64,000 bases of DNA from a virus. This document shows positions 26,926-36,222 of this stretch, piece after piece (position 1 is the stretch's first letter; each line of letters begins with the position of its first letter). Where the stretch lies: IMG/VR virus record IMGVR_UViG_3300050015_000702. One strand, written 5' to 3'. A program made the translations under genes and the position numbers. The notes under the pieces were generated by a model. The model did not search any database and was not told the DNA's origin. It saw only the letters and a program-made list of their open reading frames with translations.

Positions 26926-26956
26926 CCACAATAACCACCAAAACCAACCAAACCAA

Positions 26957-28327
26957 ATGTGCGGAATAATTGTCACTGCAGCACCTCAAAAGGTTGACTG
27001 TATTAAACATAGAGGAATTCAATTTACCTCAGTAACAAAAGACGCTTGGACTTACGGTCATCACCGTCTTCCCATCCAAACTCTTGAAGATGATAAATGG
27101 TACCAACCCATTCACTTAGCTGATGGAGGATTACTATTATTCAATGGAGAGATATTTAACTTCAATGAGATAAATGAAACCCAGTTTGATAACGATACAG
27201 AGTATTTAAAAGCACTTTTTGATTACGAAGATCATTGGTACCGTCTTATCCCCGAAATTAATCTTTGGGATGGATTCTGGTCAATTGTAATTATCCGAAA
27301 TGAAAAAGTTACTGCTTTTACAGATCCTCTTGGGAAAAAACAACTCTATTATAATAAAAGAGGCGAGATCTGCAGCGAGGTTAAGGGATTAACTAATTAT
27401 GGACTTGTTGATCAAAGATTTATAAGTACCGTTAATAAATGGGGTTACAATACAGATGACAGAACTCTATGGGTAGATGTTAAGAGAATTATGCCCAACT
27501 GCATTTATATGTGGGATCAGAAAACCCCAAATAATAAAGAAATTATAGCCGATTACTTTGATTGGAACTACAATGTCAAAAGCAAATCTTCATTCCACGA
27601 TCTTATAGAACAATCTGTTAGAAGGAGATTACTCACCAAAAAATATAAAGTTTCTACACTGTTCTCGGCTGGTTTGGATAGTACAATTATACTTTATTTC
27701 CTCAAGAAATTTGGTGCAGATGTAAACATCTATTCAATCAACAATGAAGAAGATGGGGTCTTTGTTCAATCCGTAGAGAACCTATGGGGATTAAATATTA
27801 ACTATCTCGATGTTAAACCTGAAGAACTTCCTTTAGTCGATCGTATGAGAATTTACGACATCCAGGATTCAATGATTGATCTCGGATCAGTAATTCCGCA
27901 ATACTATTTGTTCAAAGACATCAAGGACAAAATCGTTTTAACTGGCGATGGGGCTGATGAACTATTTGGAGGTTATAGAAGAATAAGCGAATATGATTCT
28001 CAGAAGAGTGATGTATTCCAGGAACTCCCATTCTATCACATGGTTCGAATTGACCGTATGAGCATGAATTTCACCATCGAATGCAGAAACCCATTCTTGG
28101 GTCATGACGTAGTCAGAGCAGCTCTACAATTACCTTTATCAGAAAGAACTCACAAGAAAATATTAAAAGATGAATTCAAAGGATATATCCCGGATAATAT
28201 AATCGAAAGAAAGAAAAACCCTTTGAAAATCAACGCTATAAGAACTAATGAAGTAGCTTATCGAAGAGAAACCATTGAAGACTATCTCAAATGGACTAAA
28301 CTTAATCCACCTAAAGACCGCTTTTAA
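26957..28327 (+). CDS. asnB: asparagine synthetase B-like glutamine amidotransferase
   Basis: MCGI (Ntn Cys2), HRG, FNGEIFN, SAGLDS PP-loop, LTGDGADELFGGY and ECRNPFL. Confidence 0.9.
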   Translation: MCGIIVTAAPQKVDCIKHRGIQFTSVTKDAWTYGHHRLPIQTLEDDKWYQPIHLADGGLLLFNGEIFNFNEINETQFDNDTEYLKALFDYEDHWYRLIPEINLWDGFWSIVIIRNEKVTAFTDPLGKKQLYYNKRGEICSEVKGLTNYGLVDQRFISTVNKWGYNTDDRTLWVDVKRIMPNCIYMWDQKTPNNKEIIADYFDWNYNVKSKSSFHDLIEQSVRRRLLTKKYKVSTLFSAGLDSTIILYFLKKFGADVNIYSINNEEDGVFVQSVENLWGLNINYLDVKPEELPLVDRMRIYDIQDSMIDLGSVIPQYYLFKDIKDKIVLTGDGADELFGGYRRISEYDSQKSDVFQELPFYHMVRIDRMSMNFTIECRNPFLGHDVVRAALQLPLSERTHKKILKDEFKGYIPDNIIERKKNPLKINAIRTNEVAYRRETIEDYLKWTKLNPPKDRF

Positions 28328-28362
28328 ATGAAAGAATTAACATCATCACAATCTTTAATCTG

Positions 28363-28794
28363 ATGGAAACAACAAAAGATACTAGACTTCAGTTTGGTTT
28401 TGAAGCTGAAGACTTTTGCCGAAAACATTTTGATAGACTCAAAATTAAAGTAATGAGAACAAGGGATCGAGCAGATTGGGATCCTTATTTGGATAGAAGG
28501 ATAGGAGATTTAATTATAGAGGACTATAAATTTGTTTTTATTGATGTTAAAAGGGGAGGGATTTCGGAGGATTCCTTAAATCATTTTAAGGGTCAATATT
28601 ATTTTGTTTATAATGGAAATTTAACTGAATTATTTATTTTTAAACCCGAAGATATAAAAAACAATTCAGCTATTTCTAAAGAACGTTTGTCTTCGGGAGA
28701 TTGGGGTATAAAACATTATATGCTCATAAAACACGTTCCCTATATGGAATTAGACGAATTTATTGCAAAACTTCATTCAAGAACATTAGTATAA
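28363..28794 (+). CDS. PD-(D/E)xK-like nuclease
   Basis: GFEAE...GDLII...FIDVKR. Confidence 0.55.
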   Translation: METTKDTRLQFGFEAEDFCRKHFDRLKIKVMRTRDRADWDPYLDRRIGDLIIEDYKFVFIDVKRGGISEDSLNHFKGQYYFVYNGNLTELFIFKPEDIKNNSAISKERLSSGDWGIKHYMLIKHVPYMELDEFIAKLHSRTLV

Positions 28795-28799
28795 GAATC

Positions 28800-28994
28800 A
28801 TGGAAACAAAATTATATAGAAGTCGTCATGGAGTCATAGGCGGAGTTTGTGCCGGACTTGCTAAATATTGGAACTGTGATGAAGCTATCGTCAGAGTTGT
28901 TACTCTTTTAGGAGCACTATTAACAGTATTTCCATTCACTTTAATCTACATTATTTCTTGGATAGTAATACCCAAAGAACCTAAAGAAAAATAA
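28800..28994 (+). CDS. pspC: PspC-domain membrane protein
   Basis: KLYRSR..VIGGVCAGLAKY...IVRV...IYIISWIVIP. Start reassigned to ATG 28800. Confidence 0.88.
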   Translation: METKLYRSRHGVIGGVCAGLAKYWNCDEAIVRVVTLLGALLTVFPFTLIYIISWIVIPKEPKEK

Positions 28995-28996
28995 TC

Positions 28997-29374
28997 ATGG
29001 ATACAAAAACACCAGATTGGACACATAGAGATTGCAAAATTTCAGATATAAGAAAACTTTATGAGATGTATATCTTTACATTGGAATCAGCAAATACAAT
29101 GATTCCAGAAGGTGGATATAGAACCCCGCTTCTTGTAAAGAATAATATATTCGAAGAAAGACTTAAAACTTACTTTCTTAAAGATGCTCACCGAGTAACA
29201 AGGGAAGAAATCCTTGGAGTTAAGTGGAACTTATTCATTACTCAAGGCTATTACATTAAGATTGTCAAAGGGGAAACCACTAGATACCCAATGGATAAAG
29301 AAAAGTATTATGTTTCTTATTTAGAAATTGCAGGTCCTCTTGGAACTTTTCCCGACCGAATTCATGATATATAG
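28997..29374 (+). CDS. hypothetical protein
   Basis: 125-aa ORF whose stop codon lies inside the downstream promoter cassette. Confidence 0.7.
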   Translation: MDTKTPDWTHRDCKISDIRKLYEMYIFTLESANTMIPEGGYRTPLLVKNNIFEERLKTYFLKDAHRVTREEILGVKWNLFITQGYYIKIVKGETTRYPMDKEKYYVSYLEIAGPLGTFPDRIHDI

Positions 29375-29380
29375 AATAAA
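29366..29380 (+). promoter_or_regulatory. late promoter cassette GATATATAGAATAAA
   Basis: Identical 15-mer at 33956 and 35526; each copy precedes a Seg-like endonuclease. Confidence 0.65.
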
Positions 29381-29385
29381 ACTAT

Positions 29386-30006
29386 ATGTCGGAAAAAATT
29401 CACTATGTTTATTTAACTACTAATATAATTTCAGGAAAACAATATGTTGGGGATCATACAATAAATTCCAAAGAAAAAAGATATTATATTGGTAGCGGGG
29501 AAGCATTTTTGGATGCTGTTAAAAGTTATGGAGAATCAAATTTTTTCAAAGAAATACTAGAATGGTTTGAAACAAGAAAGGATTCACACAATGCAGAAAC
29601 TTTCTATATAAAAAAGTTTAATACTTTAGTTCCAAATGGATATAATATTAGTCCCACGGGAGGATTAAATGTTCAGGGATGTTTTTCAGAGGAATCTAAA
29701 AAGAAAATGTCTATTCATAACGTTGGGATGAAAGGAAAACATCATTCGGAAAAATCAAAAGAAAAAATAAGAAAAGGAAATAAGGATTTAAAAAGATCCG
29801 TAGAAACAAAAGAAAAAATTCAAAAAGCTACAGAAGGAGAAAACCACCCAAATTGGGGAAAACACTTATCCCAAAAAACAAAAGATAAAATTAAAGACGG
29901 TAATCTCAATAAAACCCACCCAAAAGAATTTGGGGAAAAAATTGGTAAAGCACTTAAAGGAAGAGAACCCTGGAATAAAGGATTAAAATATTCACGAATA
30001 AACTAA
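29386..30006 (+). CDS. Seg-like GIY-YIG homing endonuclease with NUMOD3 repeats
   Basis: YVYLTTN..SGKQYVG, YIGSG, GYNISPTGG and KHHSEKSKEKI. Confidence 0.88.
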   Translation: MSEKIHYVYLTTNIISGKQYVGDHTINSKEKRYYIGSGEAFLDAVKSYGESNFFKEILEWFETRKDSHNAETFYIKKFNTLVPNGYNISPTGGLNVQGCFSEESKKKMSIHNVGMKGKHHSEKSKEKIRKGNKDLKRSVETKEKIQKATEGENHPNWGKHLSQKTKDKIKDGNLNKTHPKEFGEKIGKALKGREPWNKGLKYSRIN

Positions 30007-30011
30007 AAAAC

Positions 30012-30206
30012 ATGAAAACACAAGCAGAATTAGAAAATCAAAATGTTAAAAGTAACATGAACAAAAGAATTGAAATGTTTACGAATGACATTAAATCAAA
30101 AGAAATATTGTTTGAAACGACTGGAGAACAAAGATATAAATCAGCAGCAAACAATCTTCGAGCTAGACGTGGCGAATTGGAATTTGTATCAGAAGTATGG
30201 TTTTAA
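30012..30206 (+). CDS. hypothetical protein
   Basis: 64-aa ORF with A-rich leader. Confidence 0.6.
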   Translation: MKTQAELENQNVKSNMNKRIEMFTNDIKSKEILFETTGEQRYKSAANNLRARRGELEFVSEVWF

Positions 30207-30219
30207 ATAATAAATCAAA

Positions 30220-30558
30220 ATGGACGACAAAGTTAAAGCAATGGTTGGAGCAGCAGCTCAGCAACCCGGAGTAAGAATTACTCCTGAGATTATCAGAGCA
30301 TCAAAAAATATAACCTGCGAATGCGGCGGAATGCTTTTCAGTGAAAAAGTATTTTTCAAAGTTCTTTCCCCATTACTTTCACAAAGTGGAAAAGCTGAAA
30401 TGATCCCAATGCCTGTATTCGTATGTGAAAAATGTGGTAAAGTCCCTCAGATATTTGATTCGCAGAATGTTTTACCCGATGAGATTAAAACAACTCCAGT
30501 TCCAAGACCTGAAGAACAAACCAAACAAGTTCCTTTTTCAGTTTCCAAAAACGAATAA
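30220..30558 (+). CDS. zinc-ribbon hypothetical protein
   Basis: CECGG...CEKCG. Confidence 0.7.
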   Translation: MDDKVKAMVGAAAQQPGVRITPEIIRASKNITCECGGMLFSEKVFFKVLSPLLSQSGKAEMIPMPVFVCEKCGKVPQIFDSQNVLPDEIKTTPVPRPEEQTKQVPFSVSKNE

Positions 30559-30569
30559 AATTAAACACA

Positions 30570-30854
30570 ATGGACGAAAAAAAACAAGAAGGTGAAACTA
30601 CTCAAGCTATTTTAGCAAGAATAGATGAAGATTTTCAGCAAGAATTAGTGGATTATCAAAAATTGGTAATTTCAATTCGAAATAAGGTAGATAAGCTCAA
30701 AATTCAGGATCCGGAAAAATCGGATAATGAACCTGATCAAATTGAAAAAAGTACTGATGAGTACACTATTCGATTCAAAAGAAAATTAAAATGTTTTTCA
30801 GGATTGAATTATCAATTAGGAATTATATTAGAGAGATTAGAGGAAATTATATAA
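30570..30854 (+). CDS. hypothetical protein
   Basis: 94-aa helical ORF. Confidence 0.6.
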   Translation: MDEKKQEGETTQAILARIDEDFQQELVDYQKLVISIRNKVDKLKIQDPEKSDNEPDQIEKSTDEYTIRFKRKLKCFSGLNYQLGIILERLEEII

Positions 30855-30857
30855 AAC

Positions 30858-30885
30858 AAAAGCCAAGGTTTATCTTGGCTTTTTT
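30858..30885. terminator. bidirectional terminator
   Basis: AAAAGCCAAG-gtttat-CTTGGCTTTT at convergent gene ends. Confidence 0.75.
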
Positions 30886-31493
30886 GCATTTTGGTTTCCC
30901 TGCAAAGCTACAGAATTGGATTTTCCAATTTGATATTTAGATTCTGAGGAATGATATTTTCCTATTCGATAAGTATTTCCGATTTTGGATTCCCGCATTA
31001 ATTTTTTGGATTCTTCTGAATGATGTTTTCCAAGACGGCTTGAAGATCTTCCCATAAGAGATTTACTCATTAAACTTTTTGCCTGTTCGGAGATCTTATG
31101 ACCCTTATGCGGATGGGGTTTTCCGAGTTTAGCTGCACTCATTAATTTTTTTGTTTCTTCAGACTTGGGTTTTCTGAGATTTGCTTTACTTGACTCCTTT
31201 AATATTTCAACAGAAGAATATCCACCTTTTTTACTTATATTATATCCGCCTTGAGAAACATGAGTTTTATATAATTTAATATAATTCTCTTGAGCATTAT
31301 ATGCTTCTTTTTTAGATGGAAAGAACTCTAAAATTTCTTTTTTAAAATTATCTTTTCCATATTCTTTGATTTTCTTTTTTAATAGATTTCCACTTCCTAA
31401 ATAATTATCATTTTTTGAATCAAAACAAGTTCGATCCCCAATATATTGATGACCATTTTTTAAATTTGTTGTAATATAAACATAAAATTCCAT
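30870..31493 (-). CDS. Seg-like GIY-YIG homing endonuclease
   Basis: YVYITTN..NGHQYIG, YLGSG, GYNISKKGG and NUMOD3 repeats. Confidence 0.88.
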   Translation of the reverse strand: MEFYVYITTNLKNGHQYIGDRTCFDSKNDNYLGSGNLLKKKIKEYGKDNFKKEILEFFPSKKEAYNAQENYIKLYKTHVSQGGYNISKKGGYSSVEILKESSKANLRKPKSEETKKLMSAAKLGKPHPHKGHKISEQAKSLMSKSLMGRSSSRLGKHHSEESKKLMRESKIGNTYRIGKYHSSESKYQIGKSNSVALQGNQNAKKPR

Positions 31494-31550
31494 AGAACTT
31501 TTTATTTTTTTCGGATATAATGAATGTTAACCAATTAAAAATTATATATC

Positions 31551-31763
31551 ATGACAGACGAACGCTCTTTTTACAAAGCCATTATCAAAATCGATTTCGA
31601 AGACGCAAAAGGAAGACTCAAATCAAGAAAAGAACCCTATATCGTTGAGGCAATAAGCCCGACAGATGTTGAAGCTAAATTAGCTAAGCATATGGAAGGA
31701 AGTGTTGAAGATTACACTGTTTCTTCAATAGTTGTTACAAATATCATTGATATTATTCGATAA
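31551..31763 (+). CDS. DUF4494-like protein
   Basis: FYKAII..D...G..K..KEPYIVEAIS.TDVEAK pattern, recognised from Bacteroidota DUF4494 proteins. Confidence 0.55.
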   Translation: MTDERSFYKAIIKIDFEDAKGRLKSRKEPYIVEAISPTDVEAKLAKHMEGSVEDYTVSSIVVTNIIDIIR

Positions 31764-31784
31764 TTTTCATAAAATCCTTGCCCT

Positions 31785-31830
31785 CATTAATTTTAGTTAG
31801 ATAAATAAAATATACTAACTAAAATTAATG
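31785..31830 (+). promoter_or_regulatory. 16-bp hairpin around a late promoter, occluding the leader of 31833
   Basis: Perfect inverted repeat CATTAATTTTAGTTAG / CTAACTAAAATTAATG with GATAAATA at 31800-31807. Confidence 0.7.
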
Positions 31831-31832
31831 TT

Positions 31833-32174
31833 ATGGGAATGGGTTACAATAGATCGAAATTTGTCTTTTCAGAGACGTTTAATAACCAATCTGGGAAAAC
31901 ATCAGGATCCGGATTTATTGGAGTAATATTATCACTTATTGCGGGAGCAGGAATAGTAGCAGGAACATTTGGATACTTTTTCAATTTGCCCAATACTCTT
32001 GAATTTCTAGGGGTGATGCTAAAATTAGTAGCTGCCGCAACAATATTACTTGGGGTTAGAAGATTATCTGGAGACTTCAATAGTAAAAATTTAGCCGATG
32101 CAGACGCAACAATTACTGATACAGCAACCAAAGCAGAATCGGCTGATAATGGAAAAGAGGGACAAACAACTTAA
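31833..32174 (+). CDS. two-TM membrane protein, candidate holin
   Basis: Two hydrophobic helices, a charged C-tail and a late-control hairpin upstream. Confidence 0.5.
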   Translation: MGMGYNRSKFVFSETFNNQSGKTSGSGFIGVILSLIAGAGIVAGTFGYFFNLPNTLEFLGVMLKLVAAATILLGVRRLSGDFNSKNLADADATITDTATKAESADNGKEGQTT

Positions 32175-32176
32175 AT

Positions 32177-32503
32177 ATGCCATTTAATCACGATTTTTCA
32201 GACATACAGAATCTTCGATCGGCTGAACTTCATGTTGAGGGATGGGTTGACCCAATTTTCGTGGAATATGGTTTAGGAATGCATCAAGGAACTCCTTCTT
32301 ATTTCTGGAGAGTAAAGGGGACAAAGCACACATTTGTTATTCCAGTTTTGAGAATGAACTTTATAAGCTCGGGGGATTATGAAACACACTTTAAAGACGC
32401 TCTTCGACAATTTTGTACAGACTATCTTGAATGGAAAGAAGAAGGATTTACCACAGAATGGAGTCAAGAGTATCGAACCCAATTCTCCCGCTTCATCGCT
32501 TAG
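32177..32503 (+). CDS. hypothetical protein
   Basis: 108-aa ORF. Confidence 0.7.
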   Translation: MPFNHDFSDIQNLRSAELHVEGWVDPIFVEYGLGMHQGTPSYFWRVKGTKHTFVIPVLRMNFISSGDYETHFKDALRQFCTDYLEWKEEGFTTEWSQEYRTQFSRFIA

Positions 32504-32551
32504 CGTTGAGGTAAAGGAAGTTAAAATAAAAAAAATTAAAATAGAGGAATA

Positions 32552-33409
32552 ATGGCAGAAGGAACAAGGTACTTTCAATTTCTAGCAGGACCCCGAAGAG
32601 GAGAGGTTTTAGTATTAGATAGAATCGAAAGTGAAGACGGAGATATTTACATTAAGTTTAAGGATGAGTCCCGAATTAATGAAAATCTTGTAGCACAAAT
32701 TAACCAGAAAGTTGTTACAGAAAAAATGATGGCAGAAATTGACCATCCCTCAAACTGTTGGAGATTTGTTGAAAAACCAGATGAGGATTCAAAACCAAGA
32801 TTGGAGAAAGATGCACAGACCGGGGAGGTTTATGAAATACCCTCAGTTGATGATTTTGTTCATGCAGACTTAACTGGCGAAACTGGTGTTGTAAACCCCA
32901 GAAAAAAGAAAAGAGCTATTGAGTTAATCCCTCCAAGAACCACCCCACCAAACCATTCCGTATTTGGTCAAATAAAGTCGTCTACAGTGACTCCTTCACA
33001 TGTTATAGATAATCCTGTACAAAATACGAAAGTTCAGCAGACACAAGCTAACGCACAGCCTCAAACAAATTCAAATGATCCTGTATGGCTGATGTGTAAC
33101 AGTTCGAAAAAATTCGATACTCCTGTTAATTTAACACTTACAATTTCCTTACCAAAGAAGAGTTTTTACAATGTAGCTAAAGAATCTTTCGAAAGTGGAG
33201 GTGAAAAAGTTGTAGAATATATAATTCAGAACCTGGACAATCAAAAGATCAAAGATGCACTTAAAATTGCTCTTATGGAAGCTTATGATGATTCTCCAGC
33301 TCCAATCAAAAAAGTATTACCCGAAGGTATGTTTATTCCTGAAACTGTTGAAGAACCCGAAATTAGTGGTCCTGTTGCAGTAGAAGGAACATTTCAAGAA
33401 GTAAAATAA
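32552..33409 (+). CDS. hypothetical protein
   Basis: 285-aa ORF with GAGG upstream. Confidence 0.75.
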   Translation: MAEGTRYFQFLAGPRRGEVLVLDRIESEDGDIYIKFKDESRINENLVAQINQKVVTEKMMAEIDHPSNCWRFVEKPDEDSKPRLEKDAQTGEVYEIPSVDDFVHADLTGETGVVNPRKKKRAIELIPPRTTPPNHSVFGQIKSSTVTPSHVIDNPVQNTKVQQTQANAQPQTNSNDPVWLMCNSSKKFDTPVNLTLTISLPKKSFYNVAKESFESGGEKVVEYIIQNLDNQKIKDALKIALMEAYDDSPAPIKKVLPEGMFIPETVEEPEISGPVAVEGTFQEVK

Positions 33410-33414
33410 TTGCT

Positions 33415-33957
33415 ATGGCAATGGAAGAAAAACAAATAGAAAAGAAAATTGTAAAACAAGGAGACTACGAAGACGTAATTGAAATCGATGGCCACTTTTA
33501 TTTACTAGATAAGAAAGATAAAATTTGTATTCTTCCTTACACTATTTCAGCTGAAGGATTACTCGATCAGATCAGAGTTATTCAGGATTGGAACTTTATT
33601 GAAGAAGAAGAGGTACTCACTCTTATAAATGGTTACATCTTTACCGATGATCCAACTGACTTGGTAGCTGCTAACCGTATTTTATTTGAAGTTACCGGAG
33701 TAAATATTACCCAGGCAACGGAATGGATGTATTTGGGTGCTGTTTATAGCAACTTAACTTCCGACTCCCCTATTAAATTATATGCTGTCGACATTACCAA
33801 TATCAAAATACAGGAAGATGTAGAGCAAACTGATAAGAGGAAAAAATTCAAAATTATGAGTTCCTCCAGTGTTATCAGAACTGACGAAGTATTATTCTTG
33901 GCAGCTTACTTCAGACTCTTCAATTATTTCTACGTAAAGAGCCTTGAGAAAAAATGA
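33415..33957 (+). CDS. Nudix-fold-like protein (degenerate box)
   Basis: GYIFTDDPTDLVAANRILFEVTG resembles a decayed Nudix box; YLG...LYAVDIT. Confidence 0.5.
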   Translation: MAMEEKQIEKKIVKQGDYEDVIEIDGHFYLLDKKDKICILPYTISAEGLLDQIRVIQDWNFIEEEEVLTLINGYIFTDDPTDLVAANRILFEVTGVNITQATEWMYLGAVYSNLTSDSPIKLYAVDITNIKIQEDVEQTDKRKKFKIMSSSSVIRTDEVLFLAAYFRLFNYFYVKSLEKK

Positions 33958-33976
33958 TATATAGAATAAAATCTGT

Positions 33977-34648
33977 ATGTTATTAAGATATCCGTATAAA
34001 TACAATTTTATCTACTTAACTAAAAATCGTCTCAATGATCATTATTATGTTGGATTTCATGCTACGAATAATTTAGATGATGGCTATTTAGGGAGTGGAA
34101 TATTGCTCAACAAAAAAATAAATGAATACGGAGTTGAAAATTTCTACAAGGAAATTTTAGAGCATATTGATCCTTCAGAATGGAGAGAAAAAGAAAAATA
34201 TTGGATTGAAACTAAAAAATCACATGTTCAATTTGGAAAAGGATACAATTTAACTTTTGGAGGGGATGGTTCTTCGGGATGCCCAAAATCTGACGAAACA
34301 AAACAAAAAATTAGTAACACATTCCAGAAAAATGGATCAAAGAAAAAAGAAAAGCATCACATGTGGGGAAAACATTTAAACCCAATACATAAAAATGCTT
34401 TAATTACTTCTAGAATCGGAAAAAAAACAGTTTATTCTGAAGATTCAAAAAAACAAATGTCTACTAGTGCAAGGAATAGAAAAACCCCAGGAAATTTTAA
34501 ACCTATAAATGAGAAAGATCAAGAATACATTTTAAAAAGATATTGCAAAGAACATATAACTCATTCCAGAATATCAATTGAAATAAATATGCACAAAGAC
34601 CGAATAAAAAGATTTTTAATCAACAAAAACGTATATGGATCCAGATAA
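33977..34648 (+). CDS. Seg-like GIY-YIG homing endonuclease
   Basis: FIYLTKN..N..YYVGFH...DDGYLGSG and GYNLTFGG. Confidence 0.88.
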   Translation: MLLRYPYKYNFIYLTKNRLNDHYYVGFHATNNLDDGYLGSGILLNKKINEYGVENFYKEILEHIDPSEWREKEKYWIETKKSHVQFGKGYNLTFGGDGSSGCPKSDETKQKISNTFQKNGSKKKEKHHMWGKHLNPIHKNALITSRIGKKTVYSEDSKKQMSTSARNRKTPGNFKPINEKDQEYILKRYCKEHITHSRISIEINMHKDRIKRFLINKNVYGSR

Positions 34649-34934
34649 AGAATACAACAATCACTTTAGATTATTAACGGAATCGGATATTCAAGCTCTT
34701 AAAGATATTCAAGGTCTCAAAGATCCTCATATTTTTGATTTACGCACACCTAAAAATCCTGATGGAAGATCCATTGATGGGTTTCCTGTTAGATTATCAG
34801 CCTTAAAAAACATTGAAACTTATTATATTAACGAGGAAGATTTTGCTAAGTTAAAGTTTACCGTCAGACTCATCTCCAAAGAAGAGTTCGATAAATATTC
34901 AACAGATGGCAGAACATTCCCTTATCTTTGGTAA
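34635..34934 (+). CDS. hypothetical protein
   Basis: 99-aa ORF. Confidence 0.6.
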   Translation: MDPDKEYNNHFRLLTESDIQALKDIQGLKDPHIFDLRTPKNPDGRSIDGFPVRLSALKNIETYYINEEDFAKLKFTVRLISKEEFDKYSTDGRTFPYLW

Positions 34935-34935
34935 A

Positions 34936-35229
34936 ATGGAACTATTAAAAGAAAAAACCGAAACCGAAAAAAGACTCGACACAATTGCTGATCAGCAATT
35001 AAAAGATCTTAGCGAATTTCTTCAAAAAAATAAAGATAGCAAAGCAAAGATCATTCTTGAAATCAATGGTAATCAGGTAACTTGCATCTTTGAACTTGGT
35101 CAAGTTAATGAATTAGCCGAAAAATTCAATATCGATATTTTTCCAATGATGATTAATCAGCTTCTCAGAGAACATGTACAAGGTTCAAAAGAAGCAGAAA
35201 CTATTTCAGAGAAACCTACTACAATCTAA
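34936..35229 (+). CDS. hypothetical protein
   Basis: Start reassigned to ATG 34936, just after the upstream stop. Confidence 0.6.
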   Translation: MELLKEKTETEKRLDTIADQQLKDLSEFLQKNKDSKAKIILEINGNQVTCIFELGQVNELAEKFNIDIFPMMINQLLREHVQGSKEAETISEKPTTI

Positions 35230-35240
35230 AACTTAAATAC

Positions 35241-35525
35241 ATGAACAGAAGAGAAAGACGCGCAATGGAAAAGAAGTTAGGTATATCCAAATACCGTAAT
35301 TCTTTACCTCTAGGAAAAAAGATGGAAATCATTCGTGAAAACATCATCGAAGGAAAAAAAACTCAGACTAAGAAAAAAGAAGAAGTCCGCGTTGAACAAA
35401 ACAAAGCCGAAATATCGGATTTAAATAAAAAAGTTGCTGACCGAGCTATTCAATTAATGCTTGGGCCAACTGGAATTGATTTATATTCTGCAACTGAACA
35501 AGCAAAAAAAGAGTTTGGGGCCTAA
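35241..35525 (+). CDS. hypothetical basic protein (MNRRERR N-terminus)
   Basis: 94-aa ORF. Confidence 0.7.
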   Translation: MNRRERRAMEKKLGISKYRNSLPLGKKMEIIRENIIEGKKTQTKKKEEVRVEQNKAEISDLNKKVADRAIQLMLGPTGIDLYSATEQAKKEFGA

Positions 35526-35545
35526 GATATATAGAATAAAACTAT

Positions 35546-36220
35546 ATGTCAGAAAAATCTCACTATGTTTATCTAACTACAAACTTAATTACCGGTAAAC
35601 AATATGTTGGTGACCATACAATAAACCCAAAAGAAAAAAGGTATTATATTGGTAGTGGTAAACCATATTTTGAATCAGCAAAAAAGAAATATGGTACCCA
35701 TAATTTTTTTAAAGAAATTTTGGAATGGTTTCCAACCAGAGAAGAAGCATATGAAGCTCAAGAAAAATATATTATACAATTTAATACTTTAAGTCCTTCT
35801 GGATATAATATAAGTCCAAAAGGAGGATATGGGGTAAATGAATCATTTTTAGGAGAAGAAACAAAAGAAAAATTAAGGAAAATAAATACTGGCAAAAAAT
35901 GGGGTCCCATGTCTGCCGAAACAAAAAAATTAATTGGGGAAGCCAATAAAATCTCTTTAAAAGGCAGAACTTTATCGGAGGAACACAAAAAACATATGCA
36001 AAAACCAAAATCCGAAGAGGCAAAAAAAAATATGGGGGGACGAATTCCATGGAATAAAAATAAAATAACAGGGCCTCTATCAGATGATGTTAAAAAAAAT
36101 ATGAGCAATGGGAAAAAGGGATGCAAACCATGGAATACGGGGAAGACTTGGACTGAAGAACAAAAGAAAAATTTATATAATCGGGTTCCATGGAATAAGG
36201 GGTTAATTTTAACAAAATAA
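35546..36220 (+). CDS. Seg-like GIY-YIG homing endonuclease
   Basis: N-terminus nearly identical to 29386 and 63128; PWNK repeats. Confidence 0.88.
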   Translation: MSEKSHYVYLTTNLITGKQYVGDHTINPKEKRYYIGSGKPYFESAKKKYGTHNFFKEILEWFPTREEAYEAQEKYIIQFNTLSPSGYNISPKGGYGVNESFLGEETKEKLRKINTGKKWGPMSAETKKLIGEANKISLKGRTLSEEHKKHMQKPKSEEAKKNMGGRIPWNKNKITGPLSDDVKKNMSNGKKGCKPWNTGKTWTEEQKKNLYNRVPWNKGLILTK

Positions 36221-36222
36221 AT

